Notes: generated by a model not told the origin, from the sequence alone. Positions 17,022 through 25,811 are shown, counted from the stretch's first letter. The stretch is DNA of 55,607 nucleotides from Candidatus Portnoybacteria bacterium RIFCSPHIGHO2_02_FULL_39_12 (GCA_001819555.1 MHMZ01000012.1:1-55607), one strand, 5' to 3'. Numbers and translations are program-made.

Positions 17022-17048
17022 AGAAAATATTATTACCTGATTAAAATC

Positions 17049-18161
17049 ATGCTCAAAAAAACTCTTATTATCTTAATTATCCTGCTTGTCCTTGTGGCGG
17101 GAACTTTAGTGGTCTATAATTTCTTCTTTAAAAAAGAAGCGGCGCCGGTCGTCACCGAAGAATTGCCTGAAGAAAAAATAACTCCTTCTCCAACTGCTAA
17201 AATTAAGCCAATTTCCCAAGAGCCGGTTTTAGCGCCGACCATAGACAATCAAAAGATTAAATATTATTTAGCCAATAACGGCAATGTTTTTGAGTCAAAT
17301 TTTGACGGCTCGGATTTAGAACGTCTTACTTCTAACGCGCTTCAAGGTCTTAAATATATTATTTGGGCGCCGAACAAGACAAAAGTCATCGGTATCTTTG
17401 AAAAAGACGGAGAAGTTAAAAAATATTTTTACGACTATCAAACAAAAAAATCAGCCCTGCTTAACCAAAATATCCAATGGCTGACCTGGTCGCCTGACAG
17501 CCGGCAAATCGCCTATCAATATTACAACCCCCAAACCCAGGAAAACTACATCAGTTTGGCCGATCCCGACGGTTCAAACTGGCAAAACGCCTTTAAGACC
17601 AGAATCAAAGACATAATCGTAGAATGGCCGAAAAAAGAGCTGATTTCTTTAAGAACCAGGCCGAGCGGCCTGGCCCAAAGCGAGCTTTATACGCTCAACC
17701 CCCAAACCAGCGCCTTTCAAAAAGTTTTAAGCGGCATTTACGGCTTAAGCGCGCTTTGGTCGCCTTCCGGAGAAAAATTTATTTTTTCCCAGACAAATAG
17801 CGACGGCCGCAATCTGAAATTAAAAATAACCAATAAAAACGGGGAGGCGCCCAAGGAATTAAATGTTTTGACTCTGCCTGAAAAATGCGTTTGGAGCCAA
17901 GACGAAAGATATGCGTTCTGCGCTGTCCCCTCGGCTCTCCCCCCTCAAGCTATTCTGCCGGATGATTATTATAAAGAAACTTTCTCAACGGCCGATGACT
18001 TTTATAAAATAAACACAGAAACCAATCAAAAAACGCTTTTAATTGAACCGGAGCAAATGGAAAGCGACTATGACGCTACTTCGCTCCTTCTCTCGCCCCA
18101 AGAAGATTATTTGTTTTTTGTGAATAAGAAAGACGGGCTGTTATACTCGCTAAAGCTATAA
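17049..18161 (+). CDS. Membrane-anchored TolB-like beta-propeller protein
   Basis: 370 aa with an N-terminal TM segment and repeated W(S/A)P(D/S)(G/S)..I(A/F) motifs (LTWSPDSRQIAY, ALWSPSGEKFIF) typical of PD40/TolB blades. Confidence 0.6.
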   Translation: MLKKTLIILIILLVLVAGTLVVYNFFFKKEAAPVVTEELPEEKITPSPTAKIKPISQEPVLAPTIDNQKIKYYLANNGNVFESNFDGSDLERLTSNALQGLKYIIWAPNKTKVIGIFEKDGEVKKYFYDYQTKKSALLNQNIQWLTWSPDSRQIAYQYYNPQTQENYISLADPDGSNWQNAFKTRIKDIIVEWPKKELISLRTRPSGLAQSELYTLNPQTSAFQKVLSGIYGLSALWSPSGEKFIFSQTNSDGRNLKLKITNKNGEAPKELNVLTLPEKCVWSQDERYAFCAVPSALPPQAILPDDYYKETFSTADDFYKINTETNQKTLLIEPEQMESDYDATSLLLSPQEDYLFFVNKKDGLLYSLKL

Positions 18162-19407
18162 TCAACCAAAAAATAATCGCCAAGTCATTTTTCCAATATG
18201 TGGTGTCTACTAAGCCGTGGATTAAGATATAAACCATGGCGGCGCTTAAAAAGCGAGAAATTGGAGCAGCTCCATTGGAGCAGTTCTGAAATTCAGAACT
18301 GCTCCAATGGAGCTGCTCCAATTTAAATCTGCTAAAAAACCAAATCAACAACAAAATAAAACCAATCAACCCAATCAAGCCGGTCTGGAGCCAAAAAGCA
18401 AGAAAAAGATTATGGGGCTGGGACGCGGCCCATTCTAAATATGGCTTAAATTTCGGCTGATAGGCCAAATAATACCTCTGAAACAAACCCGGGCCAACCC
18501 CCCACAAAAAATTGTGGGGGGTGGTTTTTATTATCTCTATGGCTGTCCGCCAAATTATTAAACGGGATTCCAAAGACGAACGGGAAAAATTAAGGATATT
18601 TTGAAATTTTTCGGTTTGGAGTTGAGAAAAAATCAAAAGAGTAATGGCCAAAGCAATAAAAGAGATAATAATTATCGTCATCCTGAGCGAAGCGAAGGAT
18701 CCCGTGGCAAAGACTATAAATCTACGGGATCCTTCGCTTCGCTCAGGATGACATCTAATGCCTACAAAAAAACCCAAAGCTACAATCAGTCCCAGCCAAG
18801 CGCCATGAGAATAAGTCAAATAAATAACAACTAACAACAAACAACTAACAACTAACAACAATAGTTTTTGCCAGCTATCTTTTAAAAACCCCCACAAACC
18901 AAAGCCCAGAATCAAAATCGGCGTCAAATACATGGCTAAATGGTTAGGCGAAAGATAAAAGGCCTTAAGCCGGCCATCATAAGTCAAATCATCAAAAAAC
19001 CAATACCAAAGACCGATCACCGCCACCCCCCCGCCGGAGATAGTTAAAGCAATTAAAATATCCCGAATCTGCTTTTGATTTTTAACTGAATCTAAAAACA
19101 CTATAAAAAAGAGCCAAGGCGCCATAAACCAGCCCTTCCAAATGCCGGCGCTCACCAAAAGGTCGGCCGAGAATAAAGTGGAAATAGTCAGACCGAGAAA
19201 AATTAAAAATATTGGAAAAACAAAAGCCGCTCTCCACTTAATAAACAAGGAACGCCCTCGCTTTTCTATCAACCACAAAACAAATACTCCATAAATGAGC
19301 AATTCTAAAATTGTCAATGGAATTAACCAGATTTTTAGCTTAAACAGATAAAGAGGTAAAACCAAAATAATTAAGCAGATTCCAAAATGGATAATCTTTT
19401 TGAGCAT
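18076..19407 (-). CDS. O-antigen ligase-like (Wzy_C family) polytopic membrane protein
   Basis: 443 aa, multi-TM, with QPHNLFLAFWLQTGLIG matching the Wzy_C HN..L....E.G..G signature. It contains two in-frame palindromes (18261-18321 and 18677-18752). Its 3' end overlaps the convergent gene by 86 bp. Confidence 0.7.
   Translation of the reverse strand: MLKKIIHFGICLIILVLPLYLFKLKIWLIPLTILELLIYGVFVLWLIEKRGRSLFIKWRAAFVFPIFLIFLGLTISTLFSADLLVSAGIWKGWFMAPWLFFIVFLDSVKNQKQIRDILIALTISGGGVAVIGLWYWFFDDLTYDGRLKAFYLSPNHLAMYLTPILILGFGLWGFLKDSWQKLLLLVVSCLLLVVIYLTYSHGAWLGLIVALGFFVGIRCHPERSEGSRRFIVFATGSFASLRMTIIIISFIALAITLLIFSQLQTEKFQNILNFSRSSLESRLIIWRTAIEIIKTTPHNFLWGVGPGLFQRYYLAYQPKFKPYLEWAASQPHNLFLAFWLQTGLIGLIGFILLLIWFFSRFKLEQLHWSSSEFQNCSNGAAPISRFLSAAMVYILIHGLVDTTYWKNDLAIIFWLIIALASITARLSYSQKTNNLLGAREGAK
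18261..18321. repeat. Palindromic repeat, family A, copy 3, in frame in the O-antigen ligase-like gene
   Basis: Identical 61-mer to 2490-2550. Translated as LEQLHWSSSEFQNCSNGAAPI. Confidence 0.92.
18677..18752. repeat. Palindromic repeat, family D, in frame in the O-antigen ligase-like gene
   Basis: GTCATCCTGAGCGAAGCGAAGGATCCCGT ... ACGGGATCCTTCGCTTCGCTCAGGATGAC with perfect 29-bp arms. Translated as HPERSEGSRRFIVFATGSFASLRMT. Confidence 0.92.
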
Positions 19408-20711
19408 AGACCTAAAATAATCATTAAAATAGCCAAAATAACCGGCGAATAAATTGCTGTTTCAAAAATACTATGAACTGAAAAATAAACTAAAGAGCTA
19501 ATTAGAGCCACATTAAGATGGCTATGCTTGTGCAATTCGAGGATGGCGCTTCGCGCAAAATTTTCTTTATCCTCGAAAGGCGCGGGGTAAAGCTGCCAAA
19601 TTGTCCCAAAAATCAAAATCAGCCAAATAATCAAAGCGAAAATGCCTATTTCAGAAAAAAGGTCCAAATAAAAATTATGAGCGGTTGCGGGATTGCGATA
19701 TTCAAAATCCGGGTCAATACTCAAAGAATAATTGCCCAAACCCAAGCCCAGCCAAAGATGCTCTCGGCTTAATTGGCCGGCTGACTGCCACATTTCTAAA
19801 CGACCAACATTGGAACCCTCTGTCAAATTAAAAGTAGAATAAAAACGGGCCGAAATGGGCGTGCCCGGAATAAAAAAAATCAATAAACTCAACAAAAGTA
19901 AAATGGCTATTTTTTTTGAATTAAGTTCTTTCCACAAAAGCAAAGCCAAAACAAGAAAGGCGGCTATCAGAGCCAGGTAGGCCCCGCGGACAAAACTTAA
20001 GGCAAGGCCGGCAAACAGCAAACAGCAAACAGCAAACAGCAATTTTTTATAATTTACAGAAATTAAATATAGGGTAATCGCTAAAGGTAAAATAAGTCCG
20101 AGATATAAACTAAATATATGCGGGTCGGAAAAAAGAGAAAAGCCGCGCATTATGGTTTGGCCGGAGATATTAACCAGCCAGCTTGGGTAAGCTAAAATCA
20201 AAGCGCCGAAATTAAAACCGGAAAAAACAGGCACAATGCTTAAAGCCCAGAAACCATAAACTTTTTCCAGACCAAAGACAAATTGAGCCAAAAATTGGAT
20301 TAAACCAATTAAAGCCATTAATCCGGCGCCCGCCGCCAAGACCCAAACTGCTTTTTTAAATTTTTGCCAATTATCAATTAAGCCGCTGACTAAAAAATAA
20401 AGAGGGAAAACAGAAAGAAAAAATAAAAATTTTCGCAGTCCCCACCAATAATTTTCAGCCGCCAAAATAGAAAGGCCGCTGATAAATAAAAAAAATAATA
20501 AGCAAATAGTTCTTAAATTGACCAGATGTGGGGGGCTTGGTTTCCCACATTTTGATATGGGAAGTTCAGCCTCCCACGTAGCTTTCGTCAACCAAATAAA
20601 AAATAACAATAAAATAAAAACCCGGCCGGAAGCTAAATCAAAGCCGGGCCAAAGATTTAAAGCAACCTGAAAAGGAAGATAAGCAATAAGGAGAAGAAGC
20701 CAAGAATACAT
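19371..20711 (-). CDS. Second O-antigen ligase-like (Wzy_C family) membrane protein
   Basis: 446 aa, multi-TM, with the AHNFYLDLFSEIGIFAL signature. Overlaps the downstream paralogue by 37 bp. Contains a heptanucleotide tandem repeat at 20011-20042. Confidence 0.7.
   Translation of the reverse strand: MYSWLLLLIAYLPFQVALNLWPGFDLASGRVFILLLFFIWLTKATWEAELPISKCGKPSPPHLVNLRTICLLFFLFISGLSILAAENYWWGLRKFLFFLSVFPLYFLVSGLIDNWQKFKKAVWVLAAGAGLMALIGLIQFLAQFVFGLEKVYGFWALSIVPVFSGFNFGALILAYPSWLVNISGQTIMRGFSLFSDPHIFSLYLGLILPLAITLYLISVNYKKLLFAVCCLLFAGLALSFVRGAYLALIAAFLVLALLLWKELNSKKIAILLLLSLLIFFIPGTPISARFYSTFNLTEGSNVGRLEMWQSAGQLSREHLWLGLGLGNYSLSIDPDFEYRNPATAHNFYLDLFSEIGIFALIIWLILIFGTIWQLYPAPFEDKENFARSAILELHKHSHLNVALISSLVYFSVHSIFETAIYSPVILAILMIILGLCSKRLSILESA
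20011..20042. repeat. Tandem heptanucleotide repeat (AAACAGC) x ~4.5 inside a coding region
   Basis: GCAAACAGCAAACAGCAAACAGCAAACAGCAA. Related (GAACAGC)n tracts lie at 43351-43376 and 45483-45513. Confidence 0.9.
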
Positions 20712-20718
20712 TTTATTA

Positions 20719-22164
20719 TTAAATATCAGCTGATTCCTGATAAATTTGCGTCAATTCGTTAACTTTTAACCCGCCGATTAAATACAGAACTCCGAAATAA
20801 GTCAAAGCGGCTGAAGTTATTGAAAGAAAAAGGCCCCGGTCTCTAAAAAAATAAAGCGGGAGAGCCATGATTAAAACGGCAAAAGAGCATTTAAAAATAA
20901 AGCTGAAAGAGGGCAATGTTTTATTGGCCCGATAAATAATTATCAGCATCAAAACAGTGACAATAAATTCGGTTAAAACCGTAGTTGAGGCCGCTCCGTA
21001 ATAAGAATACCTCGGGATAAATATAAGATTGGTCAAAACATTGATGACCGCTCCCAAGCCGTAAATATAAGTCAGGGCTTTTTGTTTCTTTAAAGCGATA
21101 ATCATATTGGAAAAAAGAGCGGCTATAAAAATAATGCCGACCGCGACAATCAAGATGTTTAAAACTCCGGCTGAAAGAATAAAATCTTGGCCGCCAATTA
21201 GATTTATTATTTGAGACGAGAGGAAAAAAACGCCGACAATCAAAGGTATAGTTATTATCAATAAAATATCCAAAGTTTTTTGGCTGATTTCCTGAAATTT
21301 TCTTCTGTTTGAAAAAGCGTGTTTTGAAAGTAGGGGCATAATCAGGCCGACAAACATGGCCGGGAAAAAAATTAAGTTCTCTAAAATCTTATAAGCCAGA
21401 CCGTAAATTCCCACGTCAATCTGATCTTTCATAAAAGAAAGCATAACCGTGTCTAGTTTAAAGTAAATCATAACCAGAATAGCGGCGATACCCAAAGGGA
21501 GCGCCTCTTTTATCAGCTGCCCCCAAAAAGAAAAGTCAAAACTAAACTTGAGAATGATATATTTTCGGATAAAAATAAGGACTAAAATAAAATTCACTAT
21601 GGCGCCGCCGACTAAGGCGCTGACAATAAACAAAAAACCGAGCTTCTCGTAGATAAAAAAGACGACCAGACCTAACTGAACCAGCCGGCTAACCACCTCG
21701 GCCAAAGCCACTTTATCCATCTGCAGATATTTCTGAAAAACGCCCATCAAAACCTGATTATTAGATAACAGCCAAAAGCCAATCGCGCCGACAAGAATAC
21801 CCATCCTAACTTCAAAAGCATAAGGAAAAAACCAAGCAGCGAGAGGAGCCAGGCCAAACGCAACCAGGCCGGCGAAAAATCTTAAAGTAAAAGCGTTGCT
21901 GATTATTTTTTCTTCATCGGCTCCGGGCTTAGAAATATCTCTGATGCAAATGGAATAAAGCCCCAAGTCGGCTAAAACCGTGAAAATATATAAAAAAGCC
22001 AAAATCGTAGTGTATTGGCCAAAGCCGGTCTGACCCAGATAGCGCGTCAAAAAACCGATAATTATAAAAGCAAGGGCTGCGTTAATAAGCCGAGCCCCTG
22101 TTGAAATAACGATATTGTAGACTATCCTTTTGACTAACACATATATTGGGAGTCCTTCTCCCAA
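20719..22164 (-). CDS. Wzx/MOP-superfamily polysaccharide flippase
   Basis: 481 aa with about 14 TM helices, adjacent to the ligase-like genes. The annotated TTG start lies inside palindrome B, so the true start may be a few codons downstream. Confidence 0.7.
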   Translation of the reverse strand: MGEGLPIYVLVKRIVYNIVISTGARLINAALAFIIIGFLTRYLGQTGFGQYTTILAFLYIFTVLADLGLYSICIRDISKPGADEEKIISNAFTLRFFAGLVAFGLAPLAAWFFPYAFEVRMGILVGAIGFWLLSNNQVLMGVFQKYLQMDKVALAEVVSRLVQLGLVVFFIYEKLGFLFIVSALVGGAIVNFILVLIFIRKYIILKFSFDFSFWGQLIKEALPLGIAAILVMIYFKLDTVMLSFMKDQIDVGIYGLAYKILENLIFFPAMFVGLIMPLLSKHAFSNRRKFQEISQKTLDILLIITIPLIVGVFFLSSQIINLIGGQDFILSAGVLNILIVAVGIIFIAALFSNMIIALKKQKALTYIYGLGAVINVLTNLIFIPRYSYYGAASTTVLTEFIVTVLMLIIIYRANKTLPSFSFIFKCSFAVLIMALPLYFFRDRGLFLSITSAALTYFGVLYLIGGLKVNELTQIYQESADI

Positions 22165-22187
22165 AATTTTGGGAGAAGGACTCCCAA
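22146..22187. repeat. Palindromic repeat, family B (TTGGGAGTCCTTCTCCCAA ... TTGGGAGAAGGACTCCCAA)
   Basis: Perfect 19-bp arms. A second copy lies in frame in argS at 50374-50413. Confidence 0.9.
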
Positions 22188-22198
22188 ATCTTATAATT

Positions 22199-22651
22199 TC
22201 ATGCCTTAGGCTTAATCACCACTCTCCTATTCGGCTCTTCACCGGTGCTTTCCGTTTCAATTTGAGAATGATTGGCTAAAACCAAATGAATAATCCTTCT
22301 CTCGTGAGCCGACATAGGCTGAAGAAAAAGAGAAGTTTTATCATTGAGCGCCCGATTAGCCATATCATTAGCCAGTTCTTTTAAAAACTCAATCCGGTGG
22401 CTTTGATAATGATTAATATCTAAAATAAACTGAAGCGGAGCGCCTAATTTCTTATTAACCAAAACTCTGGCCAAATGCTGAAGGGCCTGCAGTGTTTCGC
22501 CGGCCCGGCCGATTAAAAAGCTGGCCTCATCGGTCTTGATATTGACCATAATATTTTCGTCATCAGAAGCATCAATACTAATATCGGCCTCGAGCCGAAT
22601 CTTCTCTAATAATTCTTTAATTGTCTGCTGAATGATTTCTGAATTGTCCAT
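22199..22651 (-). CDS. jag: Jag/KhpB-like RNA-binding protein (KH + R3H domains)
   Basis: Carries GRAGETLQALQHL (KH GxxG-type) and a C-terminal R3H-like ERRIIHL. Sits downstream of yidC, as in the canonical origin cluster. The ATG at 22651 is preferred over the TTG at 22672, which lies in a repeat. Confidence 0.8.
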   Translation of the reverse strand: MDNSEIIQQTIKELLEKIRLEADISIDASDDENIMVNIKTDEASFLIGRAGETLQALQHLARVLVNKKLGAPLQFILDINHYQSHRIEFLKELANDMANRALNDKTSLFLQPMSAHERRIIHLVLANHSQIETESTGEEPNRRVVIKPKA

Positions 22652-22658
22652 ATAAAAT

Positions 22659-22749
22659 GAATCAAGAATCAAGAATCAAGAATTAACAATAAGAATCATG
22701 GATTTAATTTTTTCTTAATCCTTAACTCTTGATTCATGATTCTTGATTC
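22659..22749. repeat. Palindromic low-complexity repeat (GAATCAA heptamers) spanning the yidC-jag spacer
   Basis: GAATCAAGAATCAAGAATCAAG ... CTTGATTCATGATTCTTGATTC. The right arm encodes the last residues and stop codon of yidC (PNQES*). Confidence 0.75.
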
Positions 22750-23462
22750 GGGAGTTTCGTAAAATACTGCTGAATAATGCCAAAAAGAGTAATAACCGCC
22801 CAATAAAGAGGCAGGCCAGCCGGCAAACCAAAGGCGATAAAAACAGTCAGCAAGGGCATTAAATAGGTCATCTGCTGTCCCATTATTGAAGAAAAATCCA
22901 GACCCTTAATTTTTAAGCCGCCCCCCAAAGAAGCCGGCCCCTTAGACATCATCATTTTGGACTGAACAAACATTAAAAATCCGGCTAAAACAGACAAAAA
23001 AATACTTCTTTGGGAAAGATTAATTATCCCTAAAAACATCGGATTGAGCAATTCCGGGCGGCTGATAAAGCCGTAAAGACCGTTTAATTTTTCGGGATCA
23101 AGGCCGGTAAAAAATACTCTATACAAAGCGATTAAAATTGGCAATTGAATAAGAATAGGTAGACAGCCGGACATTGGATTTATTCTATATTGGCGATATA
23201 GCTCCATCGTGGCCTTGGCCTGATCTGCTTTGTCTTTATATTTCTTTTGAATTTCTTTAATTTTGGGCTGTAAGCCGGTTAAGGCCTTTTGGGACTTAAT
23301 GGCTTTTTTTGAAAGCGGATAAAGAAGCAATCTTATGGCCGCCGTTAAAATAATGATGGCAATTCCCAAATCATGACCCGGTAAAACATCATACAGCCAA
23401 ATCAAAACGTTGAAAAGAGGGCGGTAAAGAACTTCGTTAAAAATTTGTATTAGTAAATTCAT
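22734..23462 (-). CDS. yidC: Membrane protein insertase YidC (short form)
   Basis: 242 aa with conserved YRQYRINPMSGCLPILIQLPILIALY and GLPLYW segments. Sits between rnpA and jag. Confidence 0.9.
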   Translation of the reverse strand: MNLLIQIFNEVLYRPLFNVLIWLYDVLPGHDLGIAIIILTAAIRLLLYPLSKKAIKSQKALTGLQPKIKEIQKKYKDKADQAKATMELYRQYRINPMSGCLPILIQLPILIALYRVFFTGLDPEKLNGLYGFISRPELLNPMFLGIINLSQRSIFLSVLAGFLMFVQSKMMMSKGPASLGGGLKIKGLDFSSIMGQQMTYLMPLLTVFIAFGLPAGLPLYWAVITLFGIIQQYFTKLPNQES

Positions 23463-23468
23463 TGAAAA

Positions 23469-23810
23469 TTATTTTAAAAGATTTGCTCTCTTTAATAAAA
23501 TAGTTAAAGCGTCTTCTGTCTCTTTATAACTCTTCCCATTTATCCCCGGCTGCGTTAAAATAACCATATCAAAACCTGTTTTTATTTGCGGCAATTTTAA
23601 ACGGATAATCTCGCTTAATCGCCGCCTGATTTTGTTTCTGACAACCGCTTTCTTTGAAATTTTTAAACTAACAATAAATCCAAATCGGCTTATCTCAAAA
23701 TTATTTTCCGTTATTTTCAAATCAAGAAAACTTTGGCGATAATATTTCCCTTCTTTAAACACCCTTTTAAAGTCATTCTTTTTAGAAAGATGGTATTTTT
23801 TAGACAGCAT
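23469..23810 (-). CDS. rnpA: RNase P protein component
   Basis: 113 aa and basic, with the KKAVVRNKIRRRL (RNR-motif) region. Directly downstream of rpmH. Confidence 0.88.
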   Translation of the reverse strand: MLSKKYHLSKKNDFKRVFKEGKYYRQSFLDLKITENNFEISRFGFIVSLKISKKAVVRNKIRRRLSEIIRLKLPQIKTGFDMVILTQPGINGKSYKETEDALTILLKRANLLK

Positions 23811-23819
23811 AAACGATAG

Positions 23820-23954
23820 CTAAACCGTCAGTTTTTTTCTCTTTTTTCTTCGCCGTCTGGATAAAACCCGGCGGCCGTAACGGGTAGCCATCCGCGCCAG
23901 AAATCCGTGCACTTTTTTTCTTCGCCTCTTTTTTGGTTGATAGGTGATGGACAT
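23820..23954 (-). CDS. rpmH: 50S ribosomal protein L34
   Basis: Not in the ORF track because it is under 60 aa. Manual translation gives [44 protein letters not shown], a typical L34. Confidence 0.9.
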   Translation of the reverse strand: MSITYQPKKRRRKKVHGFLARMATRYGRRVLSRRRRKKRKKLTV

Positions 23955-24215
23955 AGACTTGAGATTTGAGTATAATGTAGCATTTTCTAGTTATAGAGTC
24001 AAACTTAATTCTTGATTCTTACTTCTTAATTCTATCCCCATCTCATTCACACCTTATTCACAAAAGTGCGCTTTGATAGGTGTTTTCTTTAATCTTGAGT
24101 ATGGTATAATAACTTCACAAATAGGTCTACGCATCTCATTCACTAATTATCACGAATACAATATTAAAATATTTGCGATTATTCGCGGAGTAATTCGTGA
24201 TAATATTTATGATTT
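23955..24215. promoter_or_regulatory. rpmH-dnaA intergenic region with DnaA-box-like sites (candidate oriC part / dnaA promoter)
   Basis: TCATTCACA at 24043-24051 and TTATTCACA at 24054-24062 (the latter matches the TTATNCACA consensus). The inverted pair ATTATCACGAAT (24146-24157) / ATTCGTGATAAT (24193-24204) is also present. Gene orientation switches at this point. Confidence 0.55.
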
Positions 24216-25574
24216 ATGAACTTAAAGAATCTCTGGCAAGGCGCTTTGGGTGAAGTCGAATTAAATATCTCCAAGGCTAATTTTATCACTTGGTTTAAAA
24301 ATACTGAAATTCACTCTAAAAAAGACGGGGTAGTTATTATTAATGTTCCTAACGGCTTTACCAAGGAATGGCTGGAAAATAAATACAATAAAATTATCTT
24401 TAAAGCGCTTAGGGGCGCTTGCCCGGATATTAAAGAAATACAATTTACCATCGGCAAATACCCCCCGTTAAAACCAACGGCTAAATACAAAAAAGAGATT
24501 CAGGAAATAACTCCGGAAAAACAGCTTGATTTTGAGGAATTTAACATAAATAAAGAAACTAATTTAAATCCCAAGTATACTTTTGATAATTTTATCATCG
24601 GATCTTTTAATGAGTTGGCTCAAGCCGCGGCCTTGGCGGTAACTAAACATTTGGGCACGCTTTATAATCCTCTGTTTATCTACGGAGGAACGGGCCTGGG
24701 CAAAACTCATCTTCTTCAGGCAATCGGCAATGAATTGACGCAAAAAAACCCTTCAAAAAAAATTCAGTATTTAAGTTCCGAAAAATACACCAGCGAATTA
24801 GTTGACGCTATTTCTAAAAAAGGAATGGAAAGTTTTAAGCCGAAATACAGAAAAGTGGATGTTTTAATTATTGACGACATTCATTTTATCGCCGGCAAAG
24901 AAAAAACACAGGAAGAATTCTTCCATACCTTTAATACGCTCTATCAAAAAAATAAACAAATTATTATCAGCTCGGACAGGCCGCCTAAGGCGATTTCTAC
25001 CATAGAAGATCGCTTGCGTTCCAGATTTGAAGGGGGGATGATTGCCGATATTAGTCAGCCCGATTTAGAAACGAGAACCGCCATCTTAAAAAATAAGGCG
25101 CGGGAAAAAAATTTTGAAATTTCGGACGATATTCTTAATCATATCGCCAATCATGTTCAAAAAAATATCCGGGAGCTTGAAGGCGCCTTAAATAAGATTA
25201 TGGCCGTCTGCCAAATCAACAATACTCCTCCAAATTTAGAAGGGGTCGGTAAAATACTTTCCAATCTCATCGCTAAGCCTAAAAAAATGACTAATTTTAA
25301 AGACGTGATTAAAACCGTGGCTGAATTTTATGATGTGAATATCAATGATTTAATTGATAGGTGCCGGCGAAAAGAAGTGGTCCGCCCCAGACAAATCGCC
25401 ATGTATCTTATTAGAGAAGAATTAAACAGTTCCTTTCCTTCTATCGGAGAAAAAATAGGCGGTCGAGACCACACTACCGCTATGTACTCTTATGGAAAAA
25501 TCAAACAAGAGGTGCAAAACAATGAATTATTCAAACAAGAAATTAATCTAATAAAAGACCGGCTTTATGGATAG
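24216..25574 (+). CDS. dnaA: Chromosomal replication initiator DnaA
   Basis: 452 aa with Walker A GGTGLGKTHLL, Walker B VLIIDDIHF, sensor motifs and the C-terminal DNA-binding helix region (GGRDHTTAMYS). Confidence 0.95.
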   Translation: MNLKNLWQGALGEVELNISKANFITWFKNTEIHSKKDGVVIINVPNGFTKEWLENKYNKIIFKALRGACPDIKEIQFTIGKYPPLKPTAKYKKEIQEITPEKQLDFEEFNINKETNLNPKYTFDNFIIGSFNELAQAAALAVTKHLGTLYNPLFIYGGTGLGKTHLLQAIGNELTQKNPSKKIQYLSSEKYTSELVDAISKKGMESFKPKYRKVDVLIIDDIHFIAGKEKTQEEFFHTFNTLYQKNKQIIISSDRPPKAISTIEDRLRSRFEGGMIADISQPDLETRTAILKNKAREKNFEISDDILNHIANHVQKNIRELEGALNKIMAVCQINNTPPNLEGVGKILSNLIAKPKKMTNFKDVIKTVAEFYDVNINDLIDRCRRKEVVRPRQIAMYLIREELNSSFPSIGEKIGGRDHTTAMYSYGKIKQEVQNNELFKQEINLIKDRLYG

Positions 25575-25811
25575 TATTTTATATTCTTTATAAAATAAGG
25601 ATATATTGTTAATAATACTTAATAAAAAACTTTAAAAAATATTTATTAAGTGTTTATCTAAAAATAATCCATAATTTATTCACCTAATAATTAACAATAT
25701 ATAAAATATAAAATACCAGATATAAAATACAAAAAATCGGTTTTTCCCCAATTTTTTAAAATCTAATAATAATATTAAATTTATAATTTATATTATATTA
25801 TTAAAATTATT
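25575..25811. promoter_or_regulatory. Extremely AT-rich dnaA-dnaN spacer (candidate DNA-unwinding element of oriC)
   Basis: 237 bp, almost entirely A/T, with a DnaA-box-like TTATTCACC at 25676-25684. Confidence 0.45.
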
